A DNA stretch of 64,000 nucleotides, taken from the NCBI GenBank assembly GCA_902785935.1, contig CADAAN010000001.1, forward strand, positions 88,900 to 152,899, given 5' to 3'. Shown here one piece after another: positions 10,946 through 20,265 of the stretch. A model generated the notes under the pieces. That model was not told the origin of the DNA. It did no database searches and saw only the letters and a program-made list of their open reading frames with translations. The position numbers were made by a program, and so were the translations under genes. This stretch comes from an uncultured Pseudomonadota bacterium (GTDB lineage: Bacteria > Pseudomonadota > Alphaproteobacteria > RF32 > CAG-239). Positions within the stretch are counted from its first letter, which is position 1. Each line of letters opens with the position of its first letter.

Positions 10946-11380
10946 TTAACGGCCTCCCCTTTTTTTGTTGTTTGGTGTCCCTATACGGCGCGGTACATAA
11001 GGTTTTACTTTGTTTTTCTGTTCTTTATAAATATAAGAAGCCGTTATCATTTCAGGGAGTTTAGGTAGTTCCTGAATCTTAAATTCTATCGGTTCAAGAT
11101 TTTTTTTGATTTCTTTAATCCTTTGCTCAAAAACATCTTCCGGAACACCAAAATCCGCACCTGATGAATTAAGTAAATCTTTTTGTTCTGTTTTTGATAA
11201 AATCACAGCCGCAACACCGGCAGTATTATGTATATAGTGAGAAAAAACCTCTTTTGGAGATAAGATAACAATATCCACGTCTTTTTTTTCACGAAGTTTT
11301 TCGATTTCTTCCTGTTTTAAGGTTTCAAAAGTTTCTTCGGATATAATGATTTTTTTGATGTTTTCTTCATGATTTGTCAT
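10946..11380 (-). CDS. hypothetical protein
   Basis: 144-aa ORF tightly packed between rluC-like and rarA (4-nt overlap), operon context. Confidence 0.4.
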   Translation of the reverse strand: MTNHEENIKKIIISEETFETLKQEEIEKLREKKDVDIVILSPKEVFSHYIHNTAGVAAVILSKTEQKDLLNSSGADFGVPEDVFEQRIKEIKKNLEPIEFKIQELPKLPEMITASYIYKEQKNKVKPYVPRRIGTPNNKKRGGR

Positions 11381-12687
11381 TTTTTTTGCCTTTCCTGTTT
11401 TTGTTTTCTTAAATTGTCAAAATAATCAATACGTTTTTTAATTTCGCGCTCAAAACCACGTTCAACCGGCTCATAAATTTTAACACGCTCCATCGTATCC
11501 GGAAAATAATTTTGCCCTGAAAAACCGTCTTTTAAATCCTGATCATAAATATACCCTTCATGATATCCGAGATTTTTCATCAGTTTTGTCGGCGCGTTCA
11601 AAATGTGTTTCGGCGGCATTAAAGAACCTGTTTTTTTTGCCAAACCGTATGCCTTATCCATCGCTTTATAAACAGCAGCCGATTTCGGTGCTGTTGCAAG
11701 ATAAGCCGTCAATTGCATCACGGCTAAATCACCTTCCGGTGAACCTAAACGCTCATATGTTTCTGCTAAAGCTATTGCCTCAACAATCGCATTCGGGTCG
11801 GCAAGTGACACGTCCTCAATCGCAAAGCGCACCAGACGGCGCAAAATATATCGAGGATCTTCACCTGAGATTAACATCCTTGCCACCCAATAGAGCGCCG
11901 CATCAACATCCGAACCTCTGAGTGATTTATGCACGGCTGAAATCAGATTGTAATGTCCATCGCGGCCTTTATCATAAACAGGCGCACGCGAGCGAACAAT
12001 ATTCATAACATTTTCTTTATTAAAAATTTCACCTTGCTTGGCATACGCCCAAATACTTTCCGCTAAATTTAAAATATAACGTCCGTCACCGTCTGCAATT
12101 TGTTTTAAGAATGTGCGCGCTTCATCATCAATCGGCAATTTTTGCCCGATTTCTTTTTCCGCACGCGAAAGCAAAATTTCAAAATCATCTTCATTTAAAC
12201 GATTGAGTACAAAAACCTGACAACGTGATAATAAAGCGGCGTTAAGTTCAAATGACGGATTTTCCGTTGTTGCCCCGACCAAAATCACCGTACCGTCTTC
12301 AACATAAGGTAAAAACCCGTCTTGCTGAGATTTATTAAAACGATGAATTTCATCAACAAATAAAAGTGTCCCTTTTCCTTGGTTTGAACGCCGTTCAATC
12401 GCATATTGAAAAACACGCTTTAAATCAGCTACACCTGAAAAAACAGCTGAAATTTGCTCAAAATAAAGATTTGTATGCTCTGCCATCAAGCGTGCGATTG
12501 TTGTTTTACCGCATCCGGGAGGGCCCCATAAAATAAATGATGTAATTTTACCTGTTTCAAGCATACGTTTTAATGGTGCATTATCACCCGTTAATTGTTC
12601 CTGACCGACAACTTCATTTAAATTTTGAGGACGTAATCTGTCTGCAAGCGGACGTTTGAGTTGTGCTGAAAAAAGCGTATCTTCCAT
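11377..12687 (-). CDS. rarA: replication-associated recombination protein A (AAA+ ATPase RarA/MgsA)
   Basis: Walker A GPPGCGKTT, LRP.L..V.GQ motif; start placed at internal MEDTLF. Confidence 0.9.
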   Translation of the reverse strand: MEDTLFSAQLKRPLADRLRPQNLNEVVGQEQLTGDNAPLKRMLETGKITSFILWGPPGCGKTTIARLMAEHTNLYFEQISAVFSGVADLKRVFQYAIERRSNQGKGTLLFVDEIHRFNKSQQDGFLPYVEDGTVILVGATTENPSFELNAALLSRCQVFVLNRLNEDDFEILLSRAEKEIGQKLPIDDEARTFLKQIADGDGRYILNLAESIWAYAKQGEIFNKENVMNIVRSRAPVYDKGRDGHYNLISAVHKSLRGSDVDAALYWVARMLISGEDPRYILRRLVRFAIEDVSLADPNAIVEAIALAETYERLGSPEGDLAVMQLTAYLATAPKSAAVYKAMDKAYGLAKKTGSLMPPKHILNAPTKLMKNLGYHEGYIYDQDLKDGFSGQNYFPDTMERVKIYEPVERGFEREIKKRIDYFDNLRKQKQERQKK

Positions 12688-12688
12688 C

Positions 12689-13906
12689 TTATCTGCCCTC
12701 ACGGCCCGTATTAGAGTGTGCTATAATTTGATTTTGTTTGGCTTTTTTAAGCTCTTCTTTTAATTTATTTTGCTGCATTTTTTTATATTCATCTTTTCTG
12801 AACTGGATTTCACGTTTTTCATTTTCTTTTTCTTCTTTTTCTTTGCGTACTTCATATTTTTTTTCTTCCAGCTGGCGGCGCATTTTTTCATGCCGCTCTT
12901 TTTCAATTTGCTCCGGCGTTTTTAAATTGCGGCTATGGAATTTATCTAAAATTTCTTCATCCGTATCCTGACGCTTTAAGAAAGCATCGTAAAGTTTTTT
13001 TCCGGCACGCATAATATCTTCAATCCGAACACCGGGATGTTTTCGTGCATCCCAAACGCCGGCCGGTCCGACAGCAAAGAAAAATTCCGTTAAATCAATA
13101 CCTCTTGATTTTTTCTTTTTCTTCTTCGGTGCTAAAATTTCTTTCAATTCCTTAGGTGTTACGGGGCGCCCTAAAGCTTGTTCTATTTGCGCTTGAGAAA
13201 TAATACATTCACTCAAATCAAGCTCATAAATATTCACACCCGTAAAATTACAACCTGTAAAATCAACACCGCGCAAATCAAGTTGCTTTAAATCAATTTT
13301 TGATAAATCAAGCAATGTCAGATTAATACGTCTTAAATTAAGTTTATGCGGATAGTAAGTCGCCAAAAATTCAACCAGCTCCTGAAGTTCTTGCAATGCG
13401 ATTTCATCCATATCAACATCAAGCAAAATCGCATCTTCAATATCCGCATCTTTTAGTTTTACACCGCGCATTTTAGCGCCGGTAAAGTTTGTCCCTTTTA
13501 AAACAGCGCCCGTAAAAACGGCATTGTTTAAGTTTGCACCGGATAAATCCGCCTCAGTCAAATTTGCACCCGAAAAATCAACACCTTGTAAATCGGCATT
13601 TTTTAGATCGGTATAACTTAAATCAGCATTTGAAAAATCAGCATTTTTCAAATTTTGTTTTGCAAATTTTTCACCAATTAAACTTTGTGCATGAAAATTT
13701 TGGCCATTGTTTTTATGAAATGTTTGAAGTGAAAGTTTATCATCACCTTCTTTAATCGTTACATCAGAAATCGCTTGCCATGAAAAATTATTTTCATAAA
13801 GCCTATCTAAATTATACTCTTTCAGGCTTTCATCAGAACGTGTCTGACGGACTTTTTCTTTCAAATCCGAAATATGAAATGATTTTTTTTCACCTATTTC
13901 CGACAC
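12689..13906 (-). CDS. pentapeptide-repeat protein with Lys/Glu-rich coiled-coil C-terminal tail
   Basis: Long run of A(D/N)L..A.L pentapeptide repeats (NADLSYTDLKNADLQGVDFSGANLTEADLSGANL...) followed by KE-rich tail. Confidence 0.7.
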   Translation of the reverse strand: MSEIGEKKSFHISDLKEKVRQTRSDESLKEYNLDRLYENNFSWQAISDVTIKEGDDKLSLQTFHKNNGQNFHAQSLIGEKFAKQNLKNADFSNADLSYTDLKNADLQGVDFSGANLTEADLSGANLNNAVFTGAVLKGTNFTGAKMRGVKLKDADIEDAILLDVDMDEIALQELQELVEFLATYYPHKLNLRRINLTLLDLSKIDLKQLDLRGVDFTGCNFTGVNIYELDLSECIISQAQIEQALGRPVTPKELKEILAPKKKKKKSRGIDLTEFFFAVGPAGVWDARKHPGVRIEDIMRAGKKLYDAFLKRQDTDEEILDKFHSRNLKTPEQIEKERHEKMRRQLEEKKYEVRKEKEEKENEKREIQFRKDEYKKMQQNKLKEELKKAKQNQIIAHSNTGREGR

Positions 13907-13971
13907 TTTTTTATCCTTTTATATAAAACAACGTCAGTTTATCTTATTTTTATAACAAAAACAAGATTTTT

Positions 13972-14637
13972 TTAAATCATTTTTTCTATCGTTTTTTGAA
14001 TATCTTTCATGTCATCAAAAACATAATTAACTTGAAGATTTTTGACTTCATTAAAATAATCTTTATTAAAAGGATTAATGTATTTTGTAAAACAAATCGG
14101 CATCATTTGTGCTTTTAAGGCTGCTTTAAGTCCTGCAACAGAATCTTCAATAACGATACAATCTTGAGGTTTAACACCTGATTTTTGAGCCGCAAGTAAA
14201 AACAAATCAGGCTCAGGTTTTCCTTTTTGAACCATATCGGCCGTAAAAACTTTATCAGGCGTAAAGTAATCACTCAAACCGACAATTTTTATCTTTATTG
14301 CTGTTTTTTCTTTCAAACCACCGGTTGCAATGCATTGTTTGATATTAAGATTTAATATATCTTGAACACCATCTGTTAAATCAAAACCTTTTTCATACAT
14401 TGCCTTATAGTCAAGTTCTTTATTTTTTATCCAAAAATCATTGGTTGTATGCAAACCTAATTTATCCAAAACTTCACGTTTTGTTTTATCACTCATACCG
14501 AGTAAATAGTTTGATGTTGTTGAAAAATCCCAGTTAAGACCGAATGTTTCGTTAATGGTTATCATTCTGTTATAAAGCCATAATTTTTCGGTATCTGCCA
14601 AAACGCCGTCAAAATCCCATATGATTAATTTTTTCAT
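13972..14637 (-). CDS. HAD-superfamily hydrolase (beta-phosphoglucomutase-like)
   Basis: N-terminal IWDFDGVLADTE (DxDG motif I). Confidence 0.7.
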   Translation of the reverse strand: MKKLIIWDFDGVLADTEKLWLYNRMITINETFGLNWDFSTTSNYLLGMSDKTKREVLDKLGLHTTNDFWIKNKELDYKAMYEKGFDLTDGVQDILNLNIKQCIATGGLKEKTAIKIKIVGLSDYFTPDKVFTADMVQKGKPEPDLFLLAAQKSGVKPQDCIVIEDSVAGLKAALKAQMMPICFTKYINPFNKDYFNEVKNLQVNYVFDDMKDIQKTIEKMI

Positions 14638-15320
14638 TTAAGCCAAATCGCCTCTTTTATTTTGTTTTCTAAAAAATTTTGATGAGCTTGTTCTTCTTCA
14701 TGAGTTATACTAAAATGCCGAACTTGATAAACCTTATTTTGAACAGTGTTCACTTCTTGAGTTTTTTGGACCTCAACACTTAAATTCATAGATGGTTCGG
14801 CACCGCCTAAAAGCTCAAGGTAAACTTCAGCCAAAAGCTCAGCATCTAATAAAGCGCCGTGTTTTGTACGTTTTGAGTTATCTATATTATAGCGATGGCA
14901 AAGCGCATCCAAATTGTTACGTGCACCCGGAAATTTACTTTTTGCTATTTCAAGCGTATCAATCACTTCGTGATTATTTAATGTATCAAATCCGTTATGT
15001 TTAAGCTCATAATTGATAAAACTCATATCAAAAGGTGCATTATGTGCCACCATAATACCATCATCACCGACAAAAGATAAAAAATCCTTTGCAATTTCGG
15101 AAAAACGCGGATAGTTTTTTAAAAATTCGGTTGATAAACCATGAATTTTAAAAGCGTCTTCAGGCACATCTCTTAGAGGATTGATATACTGATGATAAGT
15201 TCTGCCCGTCGGGATATGATTGATTAATTCAATCGCTCCGATTTCAACCAGCTTATCACCCTGATGCGGATCAAAACCTGTTGTTTCTGTATCAAAAACA
15301 ATTTCTCTAAGCACTTTCAA
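14634..15320 (-). CDS. dnaQ: DNA polymerase III epsilon subunit (3'-5' exonuclease)
   Basis: Exo I motif VFDTETTG, Exo II/III motifs; adjacency to coaE as in many alphaproteobacteria. Confidence 0.85.
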   Translation of the reverse strand: MKVLREIVFDTETTGFDPHQGDKLVEIGAIELINHIPTGRTYHQYINPLRDVPEDAFKIHGLSTEFLKNYPRFSEIAKDFLSFVGDDGIMVAHNAPFDMSFINYELKHNGFDTLNNHEVIDTLEIAKSKFPGARNNLDALCHRYNIDNSKRTKHGALLDAELLAEVYLELLGGAEPSMNLSVEVQKTQEVNTVQNKVYQVRHFSITHEEEQAHQNFLENKIKEAIWLK

Positions 15321-15891
15321 TCCTTTTTAAAATATTTAATAACTCTGTTTTAATTATACCTAATGTTTTATTTGTGTCTATTACAAAATCAGCTTTTTTA
15401 TCATATTTTTCAAAACTTTTTTGATTATCAATGATATTTAAATATTCCCCTTCATCTATCAAATCACGTTTCATCACCCTTTTTTGCATCACATCATTCG
15501 GCGCAGAAGTTTGGATTATGTATGTACAATATTTATCAAGTCCCATTTGATATAAAAGTGCACTTTCAAAAAAGAAAATATATTTGCTTTTTTGATAATG
15601 GTGTATTGTCTTTTTTAAAAGAGATATTAAATAAGGATGCGTCAACGCTTCAAGTTTTTGAAGTTGCTTTTTATCTGAAAAAACAATCTTTCTTAAAATT
15701 TTTTTATCAAACTTATTATTATAAAAGGTTTGCGGATAATTTTGCCGGATTATACTTAAAAATTCAGGGTTAAAATACATCTTTCGGCACCATTGATCCA
15801 TATCATAAACAACATACCCTGATGATTTTAATATATTTCCGATTGTTGTTTTGCCGCTTCCTATTAAACCGGTAATACCGATAAGATACAT
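15307..15891 (-). CDS. coaE: dephospho-CoA kinase
   Basis: P-loop GITGLIGSGKTT; start moved to internal MYLIGITG. Confidence 0.8.
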   Translation of the reverse strand: MYLIGITGLIGSGKTTIGNILKSSGYVVYDMDQWCRKMYFNPEFLSIIRQNYPQTFYNNKFDKKILRKIVFSDKKQLQKLEALTHPYLISLLKKTIHHYQKSKYIFFFESALLYQMGLDKYCTYIIQTSAPNDVMQKRVMKRDLIDEGEYLNIIDNQKSFEKYDKKADFVIDTNKTLGIIKTELLNILKRIESA

Positions 15892-16298
15892 TTTTTTAAC
15901 TTTCTTTTTTTTATACACACTTTATTAACCATTTATGTGTATAACTTGTTATATTGTGGGTTAGTTTAGCTTTTTATGCACGTTATTTAAATACTTTTAA
16001 AAGATTTATAAACATGTTGATATTTTTATCAACATTATGTGTATTATGTTTATAATACCTTATTTAATATTTTAAATATCTGAAAACAAATAAAAACATT
16101 TTTTTATTTTATGTTTATAAAACTGTTTATAAAAAATAATCAACAATTTTAACAAGCATATACAATGTACAACAATTTTTTTTAAATTTTTAAAGTAGAC
16201 AGGCTTGGCTGTTGATAATAAAAAATAGTAAAATAATTAAAAATAATATTGACAATTAAATTAAAATATGAAAAAAGAAATATGTTTTGATAAAAAAT

Positions 16299-16375
16299 GC
16301 GCTCTTAGCTCAGCAGGATAGAGCAACAGCCTTCTAAGCTGTGGGTCGGGCGTTCGAATCGCCCAGAGCGCGCCA
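16299..16375 (+). tRNA. tRNA-Arg (anticodon TCT)
   Basis: Cloverleaf read directly: acceptor gcgctct/agagcgc, D-arm tagctcagcaggatagagc, anticodon stem acagc/gctgt with loop cTTCTAa, T-arm gggcgttcgaatcgccc, encoded CCA. Confidence 0.9.
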
Positions 16376-16389
16376 ATACAAAAAAAGAC

Positions 16390-16414
16390 AGCCCCAGTAA
16401 GGGGCTATTTTTTT
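16390..16414 (+). terminator. intrinsic terminator after tRNA-Arg
   Basis: agcccc-agtaa-ggggct hairpin followed by T7 run. Confidence 0.6.
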
Positions 16415-16680
16415 GTATCGTGAAAAGCACCGGCAAGGCTGGTGTTCGAAAGAGCTTATAGCGAGGGGTAGAAAAATAAATTCCTTATGATAGGATGAAG
16501 TGTCTGGCAGACGCAAAACAGCCCCGTTTAGGGGCTGCAAGTGGTAAAGGCTTTTGCCGTTAATAAAGAACCGCCGGCTATGCCGGCAGGTTGCTTTTTT
16601 TAACTGCTTTAATGGACTGGGCTGCAGCTTAAAAAGCCTCGCTCGATCTTGTCGTGTGTCGACGTTGCCGACACACACTG

Positions 16681-16865
16681 CGATTTCGAACCGCTTGCCT
16701 CTTCACCTCAGGTAAAATAGCCAACAAAAAACCTCCCACAAGGGGAGGTTTCATGTTGGCTGCCCATCCTGTACAGTGACGCAACTTTTACAACAACACC
16801 GCAAAGAAGTAATTTCCATCAAAGACCAACTCCGTTATGTGAGGGAAAGATTAGCAGCATAATTC
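16681..16865. repeat. direct repeat copy 1 (core ~105 bp ~90% identical to copy 2, plus weaker upstream extension with preceding hairpin)
   Basis: 16758-16865 aligns to 17924-18031 with ~12 mismatches; both preceded by a hairpin and a tt(t)cgaaccg motif. Confidence 0.7.
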
Positions 16866-17021
16866 TTGTATGTGAAACTTATCATACATTACACTTATTC
16901 TAAGAAAATTGTTAATATATAAAAAAAACATATTTCATAAAATTTCACAACAAAAATGCTTGCTTTTTCCATTAGATGCTATATAATCCAACAAAAAATA
17001 CAATTATGTTATAATATAATT

Positions 17022-17753
17022 ATGAAAAAGAAAGTGAAAAAATTATTAGACAAGCAACAAATTGAGTTGCTGGAAAGTTTTTCTGCAAGAGAAGCCCAAA
17101 TTGTTTTGCTAGAACAAGCTAAAAAAGGATGGCTTTGTCCTAAAGTGCAAAAAAAGCTTTTTTCGATGCCTAATGGTATGGAAATCTTAATTATCCAAGC
17201 GCAAAATGGTCCTATTTCTGCTTACGTACAGATGCTGTTATTTGATTATCCTAATGGATTGAAAGTCCTAATGAAACAGGCCGAACGTGGCGAACTTCAT
17301 ACCAAATTGCAAAGAAAGATTTGTTCCCTTCCTAATGCCTCAAAGTTTTTATTGGCACAATCTAGAAAAGGACAACTTGATTTCGATACTTTGAGAAAGG
17401 CTATGGATTTGTCTGATGGATCCGAAATTACTCTTGAACAAGCAAAAAAAGGTCATCTTTTTCACGAAGATATTCAAATGAAAGCCTGTTCACTTCCTAA
17501 CGCAGATGAAATCATGTTAGAGGAAGCAAAAAACGGCTATATCTATAGTGATAAAGTTCTGCTAAAGGCTTGCGAACTATCGAATGCAGAAGAAATTATT
17601 CAGGCTCAGGCAACCAAGCATGCACTCCGTGATTGTGTACAAATCAAAGCAATGGACTTTAGATGCGGAAGAGAAATTATGGTAGCGCAAATGCGTTTGG
17701 GAAGTCTCTGTAGTGAAGCTCAGCGTAAAGCTATCTCATTGGGCTATATTTAG
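17022..17753 (+). CDS. tandem-repeat protein (8 x ~27-aa repeats, motif ..I.L.QA..G.L....Q.K.CSLPNA)
   Basis: ORF with eight consecutive degenerate 27-aa repeats; start placed at the ATG at 17022 (MKKKVKK) instead of the upstream in-frame ATG. Confidence 0.5.
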   Translation: MKKKVKKLLDKQQIELLESFSAREAQIVLLEQAKKGWLCPKVQKKLFSMPNGMEILIIQAQNGPISAYVQMLLFDYPNGLKVLMKQAERGELHTKLQRKICSLPNASKFLLAQSRKGQLDFDTLRKAMDLSDGSEITLEQAKKGHLFHEDIQMKACSLPNADEIMLEEAKNGYIYSDKVLLKACELSNAEEIIQAQATKHALRDCVQIKAMDFRCGREIMVAQMRLGSLCSEAQRKAISLGYI

Positions 17754-17862
17754 GCCTAAACTTTGAGTCAAAAAAGCGATTGTCAAATAAATGGCAATCG
17801 TTTTTTTGATATTCGATTGAAAAATTCTGTATGTTAAGAAATTTCAAAATAGGTCTATTCGA

Positions 17863-18031
17863 ACCGATAAAAATGAAGAAAAAACAAGGGCTTACGATAC
17901 AAAATCGAAGCCCTGTTCAAATTGGCTGGGCGTCCTGTACAGTGCCGCAACTTTTACAACAACACCGCAAGGAAGTAATTGCCATCAAAGAACAACTCAG
18001 TTTTGTTAGGGAAAGATTAGCAGCTTAAATC
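17863..18031. repeat. direct repeat copy 2 (overlaps 3' end of a 65-aa ORF 17831-18028)
   Basis: See copy 1; the two copies flank the repeat-protein gene. Confidence 0.7.
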
Positions 18032-18250
18032 GGTGTTATAAAGATTTTTACGTAATCTGACCTCTGGGGGGATGGGGCATTCCTCTTGCCATCCCCTCTT
18101 TATGCCGCTTTACGTATGAGGCATAAAATTTATTTTCACTTCCGAATAGATAAAAAAATTCGTTTAGATCAAATTTTTTCAAATTTTTATCTTTTAAACC
18201 ATGTTCTAACAAATAGAGAAACATAAATTTTAGAAAGGAGGTGATTAAAA

Positions 18251-18469
18251 ATGTTGTATAGAGTTTTTGAATCTGATAATGTAAAAGTAAAGGATCCAAT
18301 ATATTTTTCTACGTCTTTTGACAATTTAGAAGAAGCATTACAGTGGTTTAACGATTTGACTGATACATATAAAGACAATCGCAAATCTTATGTTTCTTTG
18401 TGTGCAATTTTTGATGAAGATTACCCTAAAATCAAAAAAAAGACCAAAAGACAAAGTAAAAGTAAATAA
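18251..18469 (+). CDS. hypothetical small protein (72 aa)
   Basis: Preceded by an unusually strong SD (aaaggaggtgattaaaaATG) and followed by an intrinsic terminator. Confidence 0.5.
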   Translation: MLYRVFESDNVKVKDPIYFSTSFDNLEEALQWFNDLTDTYKDNRKSYVSLCAIFDEDYPKIKKKTKRQSKSK

Positions 18470-18492
18470 TAATAAACTTTAGTTACACAATA

Positions 18493-18529
18493 AGCCAACC
18501 GTATTTATAACTAACGGTTGGTTTTTTTA
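18493..18529 (+). terminator. intrinsic terminator
   Basis: ccaaccgt-loop-acggttgg 8-bp stem followed by T7. Confidence 0.65.
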
Positions 18530-18649
18530 TATTCCTACCAACTTCGAATCTAAACAAAATCAACTCAAATCAAATTTTTTATCAAATTTATTCATTCTCA
18601 CGAAAATTTTTTTTGATCTCAGCAGTTCTTACAAACAGGAGAACTGAAA

Positions 18650-19690
18650 ATGAGATGCAATCAAAGACCATTCAAAAAGAATAAAACGGCAAAAAAAACG
18701 CCAGAGAAACCAACAAATGAAGAGTTGGAATCCTTTGTTAGCAACGTCTTTCAAACAATAACCTCTTTAAATTCTGTAGCTTCCAGTAATATTTATATTA
18801 CTTATAACAATATTTATACTTATAAATGTATTTTCAATAGTATAAAGAAACCTATTGATATCAATAAAATTCATTTAAAAGATTGGAAAAGAGTTAATCC
18901 AACAGAACGTTCAGCATTCTTTTCATACTTCTTAGCAGCGAATCCAAATTATGCAAACATATTTCCATTTACTCTTAATCTATCAAATGAAATGGCAGAA
19001 TCTTACGCTGACCTAACATATCCTGAGAAGGAAATATGTATTAGAAAAAGATTGAATGATGAGTTTCTGCATAAAATACATTATATACCGATGTACAGCT
19101 TTGTAATTGAAACAATACCTTATCTGCATATTCACGGTGTAATACAAGTTGATCCGACGTCGAGAGAAAAGCTGAGAGAAGCTATGAAAATTGCTGCTTT
19201 TGGGCGTGATTATGCACAATCGACAATCCATAGGAGGATGTTGAGAATTGAAAAAAAATACAGAAAAACACCTGACCACTGGTTTCGCTATATCCATAAA
19301 TACGAATCAGCAATGGAATCACTATTTATGACTACCTCTCTAAAACGTCTGATCCAATCGCAATATGAAACACTCCGCAAAGACTTGAATGATTACCAAA
19401 AATCAAAGAAATCTACACCTAACACACCAAAAATTACTGAAGAATATATACCAGAACCAAGAATTGAACACCCATATAAACCGAAAACAGATACAGTATG
19501 CCAAACAATTGATCCTTATGAACAATCCTTCCAACAAGTAGCAGATGATAACGAAACACATAATGATATTGAATCCGAAAAGTATATTAGCAACAATATT
19601 ATCAGGGAATATACACTTATCAAACCATATACCCTAAGCTCAAATTATCAACGTCTATACATAAGTTACATTCCACCACCGCTTGTTTGA
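18650..19690 (+). CDS. putative rolling-circle replication initiator / HUH endonuclease-like protein
   Basis: 346 aa; candidate HUH motif (YLHIHGVIQV) followed ~45 aa later by a Tyr-rich motif (KKYRKTPDHWFRYIHKY, Y..KY), the order expected for Rep motif 2 then motif 3. AT-rich codon usage unlike the flanking core genes. Confidence 0.35.
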   Translation: MRCNQRPFKKNKTAKKTPEKPTNEELESFVSNVFQTITSLNSVASSNIYITYNNIYTYKCIFNSIKKPIDINKIHLKDWKRVNPTERSAFFSYFLAANPNYANIFPFTLNLSNEMAESYADLTYPEKEICIRKRLNDEFLHKIHYIPMYSFVIETIPYLHIHGVIQVDPTSREKLREAMKIAAFGRDYAQSTIHRRMLRIEKKYRKTPDHWFRYIHKYESAMESLFMTTSLKRLIQSQYETLRKDLNDYQKSKKSTPNTPKITEEYIPEPRIEHPYKPKTDTVCQTIDPYEQSFQQVADDNETHNDIESEKYISNNIIREYTLIKPYTLSSNYQRLYISYIPPPLV

Positions 19691-19718
19691 TGTATTATTA
19701 TGCTTTACTTGATTGTGT

Positions 19719-20159
19719 TTATATTATTTGTACTGTTGGGTTAAAAATGCAAATCATATTGTCAAACATACCGCATTTATTAGTAACGGTTTGTCCGAAT
19801 GAGTTTACCCCTTCAAATCTAATTCTACCTTTAATGTATCGTATTTCACAGTTGGGTAATATAATCTCATGAAATATTTTAGTTGAAGTTGAAACAGGGA
19901 GTAACATTACAACGAGTTTATTTTTTAGGTATTCTGTATATGCTTTCCTAATGAATAAATCCTTTAGTGGTCTGGAATATGGTGGGTTAACAAAATTACT
20001 ATTACCCCATTCAACTTCTAAACCATTCCAAAGTTCCAGATTATGACAAAGAGGACACGGATCAAAGTCGAAATGGAACTCTTTATCCAGTTCTTCATAT
20101 AAATACTTTGGAGTTTTCCAATCATCCGTTACTGTCAAATTTCTATCTTTCATATTCAT
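19719..20159 (-). CDS. phage-type DNA N6-adenine methyltransferase (Dam, PF05869-like)
   Basis: 146 aa; FDFDPCP ... NPPYS catalytic motif order characteristic of phage N6A methyltransferases. Confidence 0.65.
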   Translation of the reverse strand: MNMKDRNLTVTDDWKTPKYLYEELDKEFHFDFDPCPLCHNLELWNGLEVEWGNSNFVNPPYSRPLKDLFIRKAYTEYLKNKLVVMLLPVSTSTKIFHEIILPNCEIRYIKGRIRFEGVNSFGQTVTNKCGMFDNMICIFNPTVQII

Positions 20160-20265
20160 ATAGAACTGGAATAAGCGGTAGTTAGCATAGATTCGGTGAT
20201 TATAACAACAAAAAAAAGAGGTATATAAAACACCTCTTTCAATGCTTTGGTTATTTAATGTATAC

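Noticed and set aside
16334-16678. 114-aa minus-strand ORF
   Set aside because: It overlaps the tRNA-Arg gene and the hairpin cluster, is Arg/Cys/Leu-rich as expected from translating GC-rich stems, and has no start context. Treated as noncoding.
16430-16760. Possible tmRNA (ssrA), considered because of the many hairpins next to a tRNA-flanked island and a ...GCT GCA GCT TAA mini-frame
   Set aside because: No resume codon with an ANDN/ANDE-type tag, and no convincing tRNA-like acceptor/T-arm pair ending in CCA on either strand. Reported only as an unclassified structured region.
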